NCBI GenBank assembly: GCA_013239625.1 | Contig: MU054117.1 | Coordinates: 1,056,001 to 1,120,000 of the forward strand | Reading direction: 5' to 3' | Source of the DNA: Lama guanicoe | Taxonomy: Eukaryota | Length of the DNA stretch: 64,000 nt | Shown here: piece by piece, positions 14,005 to 25,539 of the stretch | Position numbering within the stretch: position 1 is the stretch's first letter | How the letters are laid out: every line of letters starts with the position of its first letter | The notes under the pieces: model-generated | Seen by the model: the letters and a program-made list of their open reading frames with translations, nothing else | What the model was told of the DNA's origin: nothing | Databases searched by the model: none | Position numbers and translations under genes: made by a program

Positions 14005-14180
14005 ATGCCCGGACCCCCCAGCGTCCACCTGGACCCCAGCCCTCAGCCCCCCAGCAGGATGTCCTCCCGCCAGTGGCCAGTGGCCTGGGCCTCCCTGCAG
14101 AAGACAGCGGTCCTCCTGTTCCTCCTGTGCAGCACGTCCCTGCCCCCGACGCAGGGCCAGGCCCAGATTCCTCTGGAAAC
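14005..14180 (+). CDS. CACNA2D4: CACNA2D4 coding exon 1 (start and signal peptide)
   Basis: cagcATG; MPGPPSVHLDPSPQPPSRMSSRQWPVAWASLQKTAVLLFLLCSTSLPPTQGQAQIPLE(T); donor AC|gtaagc; second in-frame ATG at 14059 makes the start codon uncertain. Confidence 0.85.
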
Positions 14181-16072
14181 GTAAGCTTCAAAGGCAGCCC
14201 TGCCCACGAGCCCCTCTCCTCCCCCGCCCCTCCCTGTGACCTTGGTCTTCTGCCTCCCCTGCCCTCAGCCTGCCCTGGGGCTTCCCTGCCCGCTCACCCT
14301 TACTTGCCATGAGACCTTTTCTTCACCAGCCTCTTCTCTTCCCCAAATCTCTGCCCTTTCGGAGCCCCACCCGCCCCTCCCAGACACCTGATGGTCTCAG
14401 AACCAATCATGGGCCACACTCCCGGGACAGGGTGGGCATGGGCCCCAGCACCTGCAGGGTGAGTAGGCGGCTGGAGTGGGAACTGTGCTGGCTCCAAGGG
14501 ACCACTGCGGCTCCCCCAAGAATTTGGTAGGAAGTTCCCGTCTGAGATTCTGAAAGGGTAGAACGGTTCTAAACCGACCGACAGCTCCTGCACGCAGGAG
14601 CAGATGGAGCTGCGCTGGGGGGGTGTCTCTGCTCCCCTTCCAGGCCCCAGCCCTACTTCCTGCCTCCAAGACCAGCTCCACGGAAGAGCCTGCTATCAGT
14701 CATTCACACTTCCGTATAAATTTAAATCACTGTGTGCCTCTCTGGTGGTTCCACTAAGGAAATCTGCAGTCTGTGTCAGGGCAGAGCACCCTGGGCCAGA
14801 GGGGCTCCCTGCTCAGCACGCCTGAGCCAGGCAGGCGAGTCAGGCCTCTGTCAACTTGCGCCTTAACAGAAGGGGGACCACAAGCCCCCCAGACGCCAGG
14901 GGTCTGTGAGGAGCTGTGCTGAGCACGAGGTTTGAGTGGCTTCTCTCCATCTAGTGGTCCCACCCCTGCTTTTTACATGCCTGGTGCTGCTGGGGCTGCG
15001 CTGGTGACCGCACAGCCACACAGTGAGGTGGGAAACCAGCCCAGAGAGGTCAGGTGGCCGCCCCAGTACATGGCAGCGCTGGACTGAACTCGAGTTGGCC
15101 TGGCCAGTGCCTCCCCTCCACACCGACTGCCCAGCGTGAACGCTGTCGTGGAGGGAGGTGTTGAGAGTCACCTTCACCCGAGCACATGCCAACTAATAGT
15201 AGGAGGCGAGCTCCCAGAGCGTGAAGATGGCCAGAGGCCAGGTCTGCACAGAGGGGACCAGCTGCACAGGGGCCCCGAGCGTCGGCCCCGGTGGAGGCCC
15301 ACGTGCCCACGGCCTTGGAGCCAGGCCCCCGCCGGGCCCCTGACCAGCCCTCCTGCTGAATCCTTCCCAGTCCTCCTCCCAGACCTGCATCTCCCCACGC
15401 CTTCCCCTCCCTCTCAGCGCTCAGCCTCCACCGCCTGCCCCGCATCTCCTGCCCTCCAGATCTGTTCCCGCCGAGTCCCCAGAGAGCTCCTGGCCCAACC
15501 TGGCACACATCCCTGGCTGTGTGCCTCCCCGGCACTCCTGTTCTGGGCACCAGCCTCTCCCTACTCTGAATTGAAATTCTCTCCCCGGTCTGGGTGGTGC
15601 CTACGTTAACCCTGTCTTCCCCAGATGCCCCGTTCCCTCTGTCTGCCCCGGGATGGCTGGTGTCCCTGGGGTTTGCCGTCCATTCACAGACCTCGTGCAG
15701 AACACCCTCCCTGTGGGCCCACCTCCCCTCAGAATTTCAGCTCCCACCCACGTAGCGGTGCCTCTCCCTGCTACACCCACGTGCCATTGCCACGGACAGC
15801 TCTTCCCGAACATCACAGGAGAGTTTAGATTCACGTGTGTGTCTCTCAAGACGCAACGTGACTGGTGCCTTCTAGTGTTGGGCAGTTTGCAACCTGCCCG
15901 ATGGCACCCGGCAGCCCTGCGGCGGGGACCTCACCTTACGTCTCCCAAGCTGCAGGCATCAAATTCCACCCTCCCCAACCTGTTCCTCTGGTCGTCTTGA
16001 TATTATTCTTAATTTTATTCAGTAACACCACCATCAGCCCAACCACCCAAGCTCGAGACCCAGAAGTCATTT

Positions 16073-16566
16073 TGTCACCAAGCCCAAGCTCACACTGCTC
16101 ACCGCATGACAGGCCAGTAAATCGGGAGACGAGGTGTTGGGGCAAGGACTAGCAACTTTATCGGGAAAGCCAGCAGTTCGAGGAGACGGTGGACTAGTGA
16201 CCCAGAGAACCATCTTCCCAGAGTTAGAATTCAGGCTCCTTTTATACTAAAAAAGGGGAGGGTGTGGTTGGTTGGTGCAAACTTCTTGGTGTTGGAATCC
16301 TGTGTTCTTGCAGCTGTCCAAGTAGGTCAGGCCATGGCGTTCCCATAAACCTCCAGCAGGACAAGTGTCATTCTCTGTTCTGCAACTTCTTGATCTCTAT
16401 GTGAATGGAAAAGTGTTACACTCATAAAGGCCAGAGCCTGGAGAGTGGGCCCTCCTGTCTATTTTGGGCCATAAGCAACATTCTTAACTTGTAGCAAAAG
16501 AAATAGATACAAAGGTTAAAGTACAAGAAACACCCAGTGCAGTGGGACTGGTTCTTCCCTGTTACA
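16073..16566 (-). mobile_element. ERV solo LTR inserted in an L2 relic
   Basis: TG...CA termini (tgtcacc ... gttaca), about 490 bp; flanks rejoin as L2-like gaagtcattt/gtctgactcctc; TSD not clean; strand tentative. Confidence 0.7.
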
Positions 16567-17027
16567 GTCTGACTCCTCTGTGCTCTTCGGGACTCCACCC
16601 AGCATTCTCTTCCAAACCTCTGCACCGAAATCCAGGGCTCCAGTCTGCTCACAGTCCTGGCACACAGTAGGGCTTCTGTAATCACTGGCTGAGGGTTGAG
16701 CAGATGCTGATCTTGCTGGAGTCAAGCTCCTTTTGCTCCACCTGGAGAGGCTCAGACAGGGGCCTGCGCGCCCTCCAGAGGGCGGGGTCTTGGTGCACTT
16801 CTGGGGATGGGTCTCTCTGTACAGCTGCCCACCTGCCCTCCCTGGCCTCGCAGACGAGGCTCAGAGCCATCCCCTCTGCCCCCTTGCCTCGCGCTCCTGC
16901 AGAGGCTTCAGCAGAGAGTCCTCGGCCCACAGTGATCCTGCACAGGGCCACGGGGGGACTGGCCGTCAAGCTGCTGTGGCTGTGCCCGCCCTCTGGGTCC
17001 CCCCTGCCTGGGAGGGACGGTAGCTGC

Positions 17028-17224
17028 TTGTGTGTTTCCTGGGTGTACGTCAGTGTGTGTGAGCTTGTGTGTGTGCACGTGTGCACGGCGTCCGTGTATA
17101 TGTGTGTGTCTCTGTGTTGTGTGCACGTGTGTGTGTGTGTGTGTGTGTGCGCATCAGTGGGCATACCCTGCGGGGAGACACTTGCTTCCTACAGGCATGT
17201 GTGTGTGCATGTGTGCACACGTGC
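17028..17224. repeat. Degenerate (TG)n tract upstream of exon 2
   Basis: Interrupted TG/CA dinucleotide runs. Confidence 0.85.
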
Positions 17225-17246
17225 TCTCCCACCGTCTGTCCGGCAG

Positions 17247-17328
17247 AGTGAAGCTATGGGCGGACACCTTTGGTGCGGACCTGTATGACACTGTCACCAA
17301 ATACTCGGGCTCTCTTCTGCTACAGAAG
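17247..17328 (+). CDS. CACNA2D4: CACNA2D4 exon 2
   Basis: cag|A, VKLWADTFGADLYDTVTKYSGSLLLQK, |gtcagt; 82 nt. Confidence 0.95.
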
Positions 17329-18570
17329 GTCAGTGCCTTCCGGGGCGGGGGGGCCGTCGGCCAGGGGCTCTGTTGGGCGGCGTGTGCCTGCCATGGGGGC
17401 TCTCGGGGATTGCCCAGTCCAGTCCCCATTTCAGGCAGGGAACTGAGGCCCAGCACAGAGCACGTTGGTGGGGGTGGCATGGTCCGGGGACGACCGAGAG
17501 CAGCCTCAGCTCAGGTGCTGGGAAGCCAACGCCAAGATGCAATTAGAGGGCAAGAGATTATGTGGGGTGGGGGGAGAATAAAGGGGAGCGGGGCGGGGGG
17601 GCGGACCTCACACAGGCCTGATACTGGGAGCGGGAGCTCCCAGGCGCTGGAGAACCACCGAGGCCCCGCCCTGCCCCTGGGCCGGAAGCTGGGCTCTGTC
17701 CCCTTATTAATGAACTGCTCTGTGCACAGACTGACAATCCCCTGTCCTCCCTCTCGCTTACAGCCACCTCTTGGCCCCCTGACATTACAGCTCCTGGGCC
17801 AGCACTGAAGGTGGCTCTGCTGTCCCCTCACTGCCCTCCGGGTCCAGAGCCCTTTTCCCCGTCTGATTCCCTGCACGGCTGCTGGCGCCGTGTTCTAACC
17901 GCGCCTGGAAGAGAGCCTCAGGCTTTTCTAGCCACGCTGGTCCCCTCCCCAGGCTGGGTGCCCGCTGTCTTGGCCCCGGGGCCGCGGTGGCCATGCCAGC
18001 CCCGCCTGCCCCCCTCCCACGCCTGCTCCAACTTTCTTCTTTGCGCCCTCCGATCCAGGAAGGGGCTGGGGCCACAACTGTGTGGCTTTAGAGGGTAAAG
18101 CCATACGCATGGCGCATCTTACAGTTTTGGGAACCGGTCACTCACGGCCAGATGACACTCAGGGCTCGTGGCGAGAGAGTGCCTCTGTGGCCCCAGAGGG
18201 CACCTGCACCAGCCCCCCGGCCGAGATGGGGACGTGTCCACACCTGCCCCTCTGAGAATGTGAGGGGCACAGATGCCACGGGAGTCAGGGAGAGACAAGC
18301 TCAAGCTTCACGGCCCCTGAGAGCAGCCCCGGGGGCGGGGCGGGGGCAGCACATGGAGCCCCAGGCCCTGGGCGTTGGCAGCGTGACCTCGGTGGAGTTC
18401 ACGACATCTCTGGCCTCAGCACCCGCCCTCTGAAGGCTGTGAACCAGCGGACATCTGATGAACTGACGATCGGCATCTCCTGTTGTCCAGGGAGGTCGCG
18501 TGGGGAGGGAGGGAGGCACCTGCACAGGGCCCGAGTCCCAGGACGACGGTGCGTCGTGTCCCCTGGACAG

Positions 18571-18687
18571 AAATACAAGGACGTGGAGCCCAGTCTGAAG
18601 ATCAAGGAGGTGGACGGCTTGGAGCTGGTGAGGAAGTTCTCGGAGGACATGGAGACCATGCTCCGCAGGAAGGTGGAGGCCGTCAAG
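18571..18687 (+). CDS. CACNA2D4: CACNA2D4 exon 3
   Basis: cag|[39 protein letters not shown]|gtgctc; 117 nt. Confidence 0.95.
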
Positions 18688-20014
18688 GTGCTCAGGCTGT
18701 GTGCAGGGGTCCTCGCCCCGAGGCCTGGGCGTGCCCCCTGAACCCTCCCCCACACCACGCCCCCCTGCCCGGCCGTCCCTGAGCCACAGACCCTGTAAAG
18801 AAGAGGTGCCGGGGCGGGGGTGGGGGGCTGGAGCACGCGCCCTGCCTTGGGCAGCAGCGTCTAGGGCTGTGGGTGTGACCCGCAGTGTCAAGGACTCTGC
18901 ATCACGACCTCAGGCTCAGGGATGGGGCAGAGCGAGTGGAAGAGGGCTCTGGAGTCACCGCTGAGCGGGTGGCGGGCGGACGGTGGCCGACGGGCCGTAG
19001 GGTGAGAGCAGGCGAGGTGTGCTCCCTCCCCCTCCTCTCCTCCAGTGCTGCAGTGATGGCGGCCCAGCCCAGGGGATTTCGTCACTGCACGTCCCCCTGG
19101 CGTGGCCTGGGAGGGACGGGATTCCCTGGCATGAGGTGCCCGCCCTGACACCTGGGGGGCCTGGCTGGTGTAAGCCGCAGGTACAGTGTGGCTGGAGAGG
19201 CAGGTCCCTGTCTCCACCCAGACAGGAATCCGGCCACCCCAGACCAGCGCTGTCCTTTCGGGGGGGCCAGGAGAACCAGAAGAGAGGAGGTGGGGCAGGG
19301 ATGGGGGAGGTGCAGGGGAGGCGGGGGCAGCGCTGAGGGCCAGTGAGCCTGCCTGTGTCTCCCAACAAAACTCGGCGTCTGGGGGGAACCCAGTGTCATG
19401 GCTGCTGGGGCTTTCTTTTCCACCAGTTACAAATTGCAGCCTTTGTTCTCCAGGCTTAGGGCAGGGGCTCTTAGCATCAGGAGCCAGTGAGGAGATACCT
19501 GAGGGTTGCCCACAGCAGGGGGACGCTGACCCACACAGAGCTCTGCCCAGCGGGGCTGCCTGCCCCCTTCCATCTGCCGCTCTGGGCAGAGCGCAGACAC
19601 TGGGGCACAGGGACGCACCCCTTCAGGGCTGGCCCTCCGGGGGCCAGAGCACAAGCAGTCTTGGGACACCTCCAGAGGCCAGGGCTCTGGGCCCTGGGGG
19701 GGCGTGTCCTTCCTGTGGCCTCAACGCGGAAAACCAACCAAGTGGGCCTTTGTTCTGCAGTCCCTCCCCGAGCATGAACCCCAGCTCCCTGCTGGGGCCC
19801 ACGGGGGCCTGTGGGGAAATTTCTTGCAAAGCAGTGCCAAACTAATCTTTGCCAAGTGGAACTTCTCCATCATATCCTCAGAGTTGGGGGTGGGGTAGGG
19901 AGGCCCGGGTTGTCCTACCCAGTTCACAGGTGGATAAACAGAGCCCTGGAGGGTGGAGTGTTTCCCCCAACAAAGCTGAGAGGGGAGCTTGGTCTCCTTT
20001 CTCCCCCCACCCCC

Positions 20015-21780
20015 AGGTTTACTGAGGTATAACTGACAATCAAAAGTTGCGTGTATTTAAGGGGTAAAACTTGATCATCCGACATTCGTGTGCACTGTGC
20101 AGTACGCACCCACCCAGCCAGTCTCTGCGACCATCACCTCACAGTGACTATTTCCCCTCCTTCCCCCGCCCCCCAGGCTCGCTTTCTTTTTGTGCCAGAG
20201 GAGTGGGGAGCACACCCTCTTAGCAAAGGTCGAGTACGCCGTGCAACACTGTCACCTCGGTCGCAGGCTGTGCGTCGGTTCTCCACAATTTCTTCATCTG
20301 CGTAACTGAAGCTGTTCCCCAGACCAGTCCCCGCCCCCGCCCCCGCCCCCGCGACCTCCAATGACCTCCATCCTCCTCTGAGCTGCTGTGGTCTGACTGG
20401 ATTCCACGTGTGAGTGACGTTCTGCAACATTTGTCTTCCTGCATCACGCTGGTTTCACCTGCATAGTTTTCCAGTTTCATCCGGGTTGTTGCAAAGAAGC
20501 AATTCCTTTTTTAAGGCTGAATAATATTCCATCATACATTTTGCACATTTTCTTTATTCAGTCAACTGTCCGCGAACAATTAAGCCGTTTCCACACCTCG
20601 GCTGTTGTGAGTAACGCGTCGAGGAACACGGGGTGCGGGTGTCTCTTGGAGATCCTGTTTAACGACCTTTGGATGTACACCCAGGAGTGGCACTGCTGGG
20701 TCGTATGGCAGTTCTGGTCTTAATTTTTGAGGAACCGCCATACTGTTTTCCATAGTGGCTGCACCAATTCACGTTCCCACCAACGGTGCCCGAGGGCTCC
20801 CTGTTCTCCACACCCTCGCCAGCGCTTGTCATCTCTTCTCTTGCCCGTTCTGACAGGTGAGAGGTGGGCCTCACTGTGGTTCTGACTTGCATGTGCCTGA
20901 TGATCTGCGAAGCTGAGCACCTGTCCCTCTACCTGTTGGTCATTTGTATGGCTTCGCAGAAATGTCTGTTCGCGTTCCTTGACCATTTTAAAATTGGATT
21001 ATTTGGTTTCTACTATTGAGCTGTAGGAGTTTCCTGTACCTTTTAGATATTACGCTCTTGCCCAATACACGGTCCGCAGGCATGCTCTCCCGTTCTGTGG
21101 CCTGTCTTGTCGCTCTGTTGCTCCCTCGCTGTGCAGATCCTTTTAGTTGGATGCAGACCCACTGCTGTTTTTGCTGTTGGGGCCTGCATGTTTTGTTCCC
21201 CAAACGAGAGACCAGTGTTGAGAAGACTTGCCCCTGTGTTTTCTTCTCGTGATTTCACGGATTCGGGTCCACACTGAAGGCGTTAGTCCACTTTAAGCTG
21301 ATTTTCATGTGATGGGAGATGAGGGTCTCTTCTCATTCGTCGGCAGGTGGAGACCCGGTTTCCCCAACACCGCTTATTGAAGAGGCATTTTCTCATCATC
21401 GTGTGTACCTAGTACCCTCAAAGGCAGTTAGCCGTAGATGCAGGGGTTCATTTCTGGGCTCCCTATTCTGTTCCGTTCGTCTAAGTGTCTGTTTTTGTGC
21501 CAGGACCAACCGTTTTGATGACTGCAGCGTTGTGACAGTGTGATGCCTCCAGCTCTGTTCTTCTTGCCCGAGACGCTTTGACTATTCAGGGTCTTCTGTG
21601 GTTCCATGTAATGTTAGGACTGTTTTTTTCTATTTCTGTAAAGAATGACCTCGGGGCTTGGGTAGGGACTGCACTGAACGTGGAGGCCACTCTGGGTAGA
21701 CGGACATTTCAACGATATCCTTCCAGCCCGTGAGTGTGAGGCGCCTTTCCACCATCTGTGTTTCGTTAATTTTCTTTCTT
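20015..21780 (-). mobile_element. Old L1 3' portion (ORF2 C-terminus and 3'UTR)
   Basis: ttgaggaaccgccatactgttttccatagtggctgcacc and other L1 hallmarks; minus-strand remnant LVQPLWKTVWRFLK. Confidence 0.9.
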
Positions 21781-21802
21781 CCCTTACGCTCTGTGATGCT
21801 GG

Positions 21803-22860
21803 CCTTTTTTTTTTTTTAATTTGTGGTAAATACACAGAAAAGTTACCATTTTAAAGCGTTTTAAAGTGTTCAGGTCAGTGATATTAAGTATATTCACGGC
21901 GTTGTGCGGCTGCCATCCCTGTCTGGTTCTGCACTTTTCATCGCCCCAAACGGAAACTCCGTGAAACCCGAACCCACTGAGAGCCTCGTGCCCCGGCTCC
22001 TGGGGACCACTAGGCCGCTTTCTTTCTGCCATCGGACTCTCCTATTCTGGAGATTTCATGTAAAGGGAATCGTCCAGCTTGACCTTTTGTATCTGGAGTC
22101 TCACTTCGCATCACGTTCTCAGGGTTCGTCTGTGTTTTCACAGCTGTCAGCGCTTCATTTCTTTTAATTTCTGAATAATATTCCATTGTGTGGATAGCCC
22201 ACATTTTATCTGTTTATCCGTTGTCGGACATTTGGGCTGCTTCCACCTCTGACTACTGACTATACGCAGCTTGAATATCGCTACAGAAACACATACACAC
22301 ACTTTAACAGACTTTGTTTTTTAAAGCAGTTTTAGGCTCACAGCTAAACTGTGAGGAGAGCAGGGAGAGTTCCCATTACCCCCGATCCCACGAACACAGC
22401 CTCCCTCACCATCGACCCCCCCCCCGCCAGGCGGTACCTTTGTACAAATGATGAGCCGCATCTTAGCCACCAGCGTGCACAGCTGACCCCGGGTTCACTC
22501 CCGGTGATGCACAGCCTGGGGTGGACAAAGGTACAGAGACACCTGTCCGCCGCTCTAGGTGGTACAGCGGAGTTTCACTGCCCTGAAAGATCCCGTTTTC
22601 CACCTGTCCGCCCCTCCCTCCCCACAGACCCCAGGCACCCACTGAGCTTTCTGCCATTGTCCCCAAGTTGTGTCTTTCCCAGGACGTCGTGTAGTTGGAA
22701 TCCCGCAGCGTGTAGCCTTTTCAGACCGGCTTCCTGCCCCCAGTAAATGCATCTACCTTTTGAAAAGCTCCTGTGACTGCCGCTGCTGTGAACATGCGGG
22801 CGCGGGTTCTGGTCTGAGGGTCTCTTCCCAGTTCCCGCGGAGGCAGCCCTAGGAGTGGAC
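21803..22860 (-). mobile_element. Nested L1M-type 3'UTR fragments
   Basis: Poly-T followed by aatttgtggtaaatacac; gcagttttaggctcacagctaaact; ctgaataatattccattgtgtggata. Confidence 0.7.
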
Positions 22861-22927
22861 CTGGCTGTGGGGGGGGCCCCGGCCTTGTTCCCGCGGTCAT
22901 GCTCCCCTTCACGTTCCCATCCCTCAG

Positions 22928-22987
22928 AATCTGGTGGAGGCTGCAGAGGAGGCCGACCTGAACCACGAATTCAACGAGTCTCTGGTG
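22928..22987 (+). CDS. CACNA2D4: CACNA2D4 exon 4
   Basis: cag|NLVEAAEEADLNHEFNESLV|gtgagt; 60 nt. Confidence 0.95.
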
Positions 22988-23504
22988 GTGAGTCCTCCGG
23001 CCTCCACAGCTCTGGGAGGGCATCGTAGCCACTGTCCCAGCCGCCCGAGGGCCAGGGCCGTCCCAGTGCTGGTTGTGGGGGGAGCGGGGCAGGAGGCCCT
23101 GTGCTCTTTTAACCCTCGCAGGTCTGTATGAACCTACAATGGTCTGATTGTGAAACACTCTTGAGTCTTTGAGAAGGGATTTGGGGGCCGGCTGGAAGCC
23201 AGGCTGCAGGCTGCCTCTGCAGGAGGGAAGCCTTGCCTGCAGGGACCCATGTTCTGGGGGGCCACCTGCAAGAGGGGGTGGTGCTGGTGAGGCGCCCCTC
23301 CCGGAATCTGGCCGCCTCAACACACGCCAGACTCTGGGGAGACGGAAGCAGACAATCTGGTGTAATCTAGACAATTTACACCAAACCCCGGGAGACTCCA
23401 CCAGTTATCGGAAGGAAATGCGTTTGCCCCGAATCAGATGCTTGGGGGAGCCCTCCAGTGGTGCGGCCGCGCTCAGCCTGTCTGACGCCCCGCATCTGCC
23501 CCTC

Positions 23505-23945
23505 TGCCCGCCCCCTAACCCCGCAGTTTGACCGCAACTCCGCCCCCTCCCCGTCCCCCCTGCAGTTTGNNNNNNNNNNNNNNNNNNNNNNNNNNNNNNN
23601 NNNNNNNNNNNNNNNNNNNNNNNNNNNNNNNNNNNNNNNNNNNNNNNNNNNNNNNNNNNNNNNNNNNNNNNNNNNNNNNNNNNNNNNNNNNNNNNNNNNN
23701 NNNNNNNNNNNNNNNNNNNNNNNNNNNNNNNNNNNNNNNNNNNNNNNNNNNNNNNNNNNNNNNNNNNNNNNNNNNNNNNNNNNNNNNNNNNNNNNNNNNN
23801 NNNNNNNNNNNNNNNNNNNNNNNNNNNNNNNNNNNNNNNNNNNNNNNNNNNNNNNNNNNNNNNNNNNNNNNNNNNNNNNNNNNNNNNNNNNNNNNNNNNN
23901 NNNNNNNNCCGCCCCCTCCCCGTCCCCCCACCCCCGCAGTTTGAC
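23505..23945 (+). repeat. About 39-bp minisatellite containing the exon 5 acceptor, spanning the gap
   Basis: gcagtttg at 23523, 23562 and 23936; ccgccccctccccgtcccccc on both sides of the gap. Confidence 0.75.
23570..23908. other. Assembly gap (339 N)
   Basis: N run flanked on both sides by the same C-rich repeat unit. Confidence 0.99.
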
Positions 23946-24102
23946 TACTACAACTCCGTTCTCATCAACGAGAAGGACGCGAGCGGCGCGTACGTGGAGC
24001 TGGGCGCCGAGTTCGTCCTCGAGTCCAACGCGCACTTCAGCAACCTGATGGTGAACACGTCGCTCAGCAGCGTGCAGCTGCCCACCAACGTGTACAACAA
24101 AG
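23940..24102 (+). CDS. CACNA2D4: CACNA2D4 exon 5
   Basis: cag|[55 protein letters not shown]|gtgccg; 163 nt. Confidence 0.94.
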
Positions 24103-24257
24103 GTGCCGCCGGACCGCCGGACCGGACCGGGGCGAGGGGCAGGGGTGGTGGGAGACGGCCGGTCCGGTCCGGTCCGCACGAGCTGGTTTGGGAGGAAACT
24201 CGGCCGGGGCGGAGGGGCCAGCGGAGGAGGGGAGGCTGTGCGGGCCTCCCTGCAGGC

Positions 24258-24379
24258 CGTGCACGCAGTGTGTGTGCGCGCACATGTGCCTGCGCGCGCG
24301 CATGTCCGGGGCACGTGTGTGCACGTGTCTGTGTGCATGTGTGCGTGCACATGTGCGTGCGCGTGTCCGCGTGCGTGTG
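24258..24379. repeat. Alternating purine-pyrimidine (TG/CG) tract in intron 5
   Basis: gtgtgtgcgcgcacatgtgc...gcgtgcgtgtg. Confidence 0.85.
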
Positions 24380-24463
24380 GTCAGCAGCGGAGGACTGGCT
24401 CACGGCGGCCGCGCAGCCTGATTCTGTTTTCCCCGCGCTTCCTTCTACGCGCTCTCGCTCTAG

Positions 24464-24595
24464 ACCCCGAGATCTTGAACGGGATCTACATGTCTGAAGC
24501 CTTGAACCCCGTTTTCGTGGAGAACTTCCAGAGAGACCCGACGCTAACCTGGCAGTATTTTGGCAGCGCAACCGGATTCTTCCGGATCTATCCAG
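24464..24595 (+). CDS. CACNA2D4: CACNA2D4 exon 6
   Basis: tag|(D)[44 protein letters not shown]|gtgagg; 132 nt. Confidence 0.96.
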
Positions 24596-25539
24596 GTGAG
24601 GACGCTGGGAGCATCCCCACGGTGCTCTGGGCCCCTTCTCTGGGGATAAGGCCACGGGGCCACTGCAGCCGGACCCTGGTGCGCAGACCCAGAGAGTGGG
24701 GGGCCCTCCCTTCCACAAGCACCTCTGCCCCCCACTTCCACCCCATTCACAACTGGTTAGTTAGCACTTCCAGTAAATAGCTGATGAACGAGCAAAGAAA
24801 CCATCAGATGCCTGGTAACCAGCCGGGAAGTGCCCTGCCTGGAGCTCTTGTCCTATGAGATGTGGAGGATGGACGGGGGAGGGGGCTAAAACAATTCTGG
24901 AACTTGAGAAGGCCGCATCCTTACTGGAGAAACGCGGCAAACTCACCCACGTGCTCAACAGCAGGGGAGGAGATGTCGCAGGTCAGCGGCCAACCTAAGA
25001 GTGTGGGGAAGGCCCCTGGTCTCCAGTAAACAGAAGACAGAAGCGCCTCCCGAAGTTCCCAAGGGTTCTGCCTGGTTTCACTTCTACAATAATTCAGCCA
25101 TGTCTCACTGCCAGCTGGCTTCATGTTCCAGCACCCTGGCCGGGACGTCTTAGCCGCCCTGCCCTCTGAGACAGCAGCCAGGCCGGTCCTGGAGGTGCCA
25201 CGCCTCCCTCCGTACGAGCACAGAGTCCCCCCAGGGCTCACAGCAGCTCCAAGCCCACAACCAGCCTCGGTGAAGGAGTCCGCCCTCCTCCACGCAGCAG
25301 CCCTTCTAGTGCCTGAGGGCGACTCCCACGCCCCCCACGTCTTCCCCTGGGGGGGTTCCTGCCACCTCAGGGCTTCCAGGACCCTCAGCTTGTGTGCGGA
25401 CACGCAGCCTGCCCGTTTGTGGATTGGGCCGTTGGCCGTTGCATGGTGCGAGCTCTCTGCGTGTTGTGGGTCCCCCCCTTCCGAGGGACACTGTTGGCTG
25501 TGTCCTAGGATACACAGCAGTTACTGCTTGTGTTTCTTG

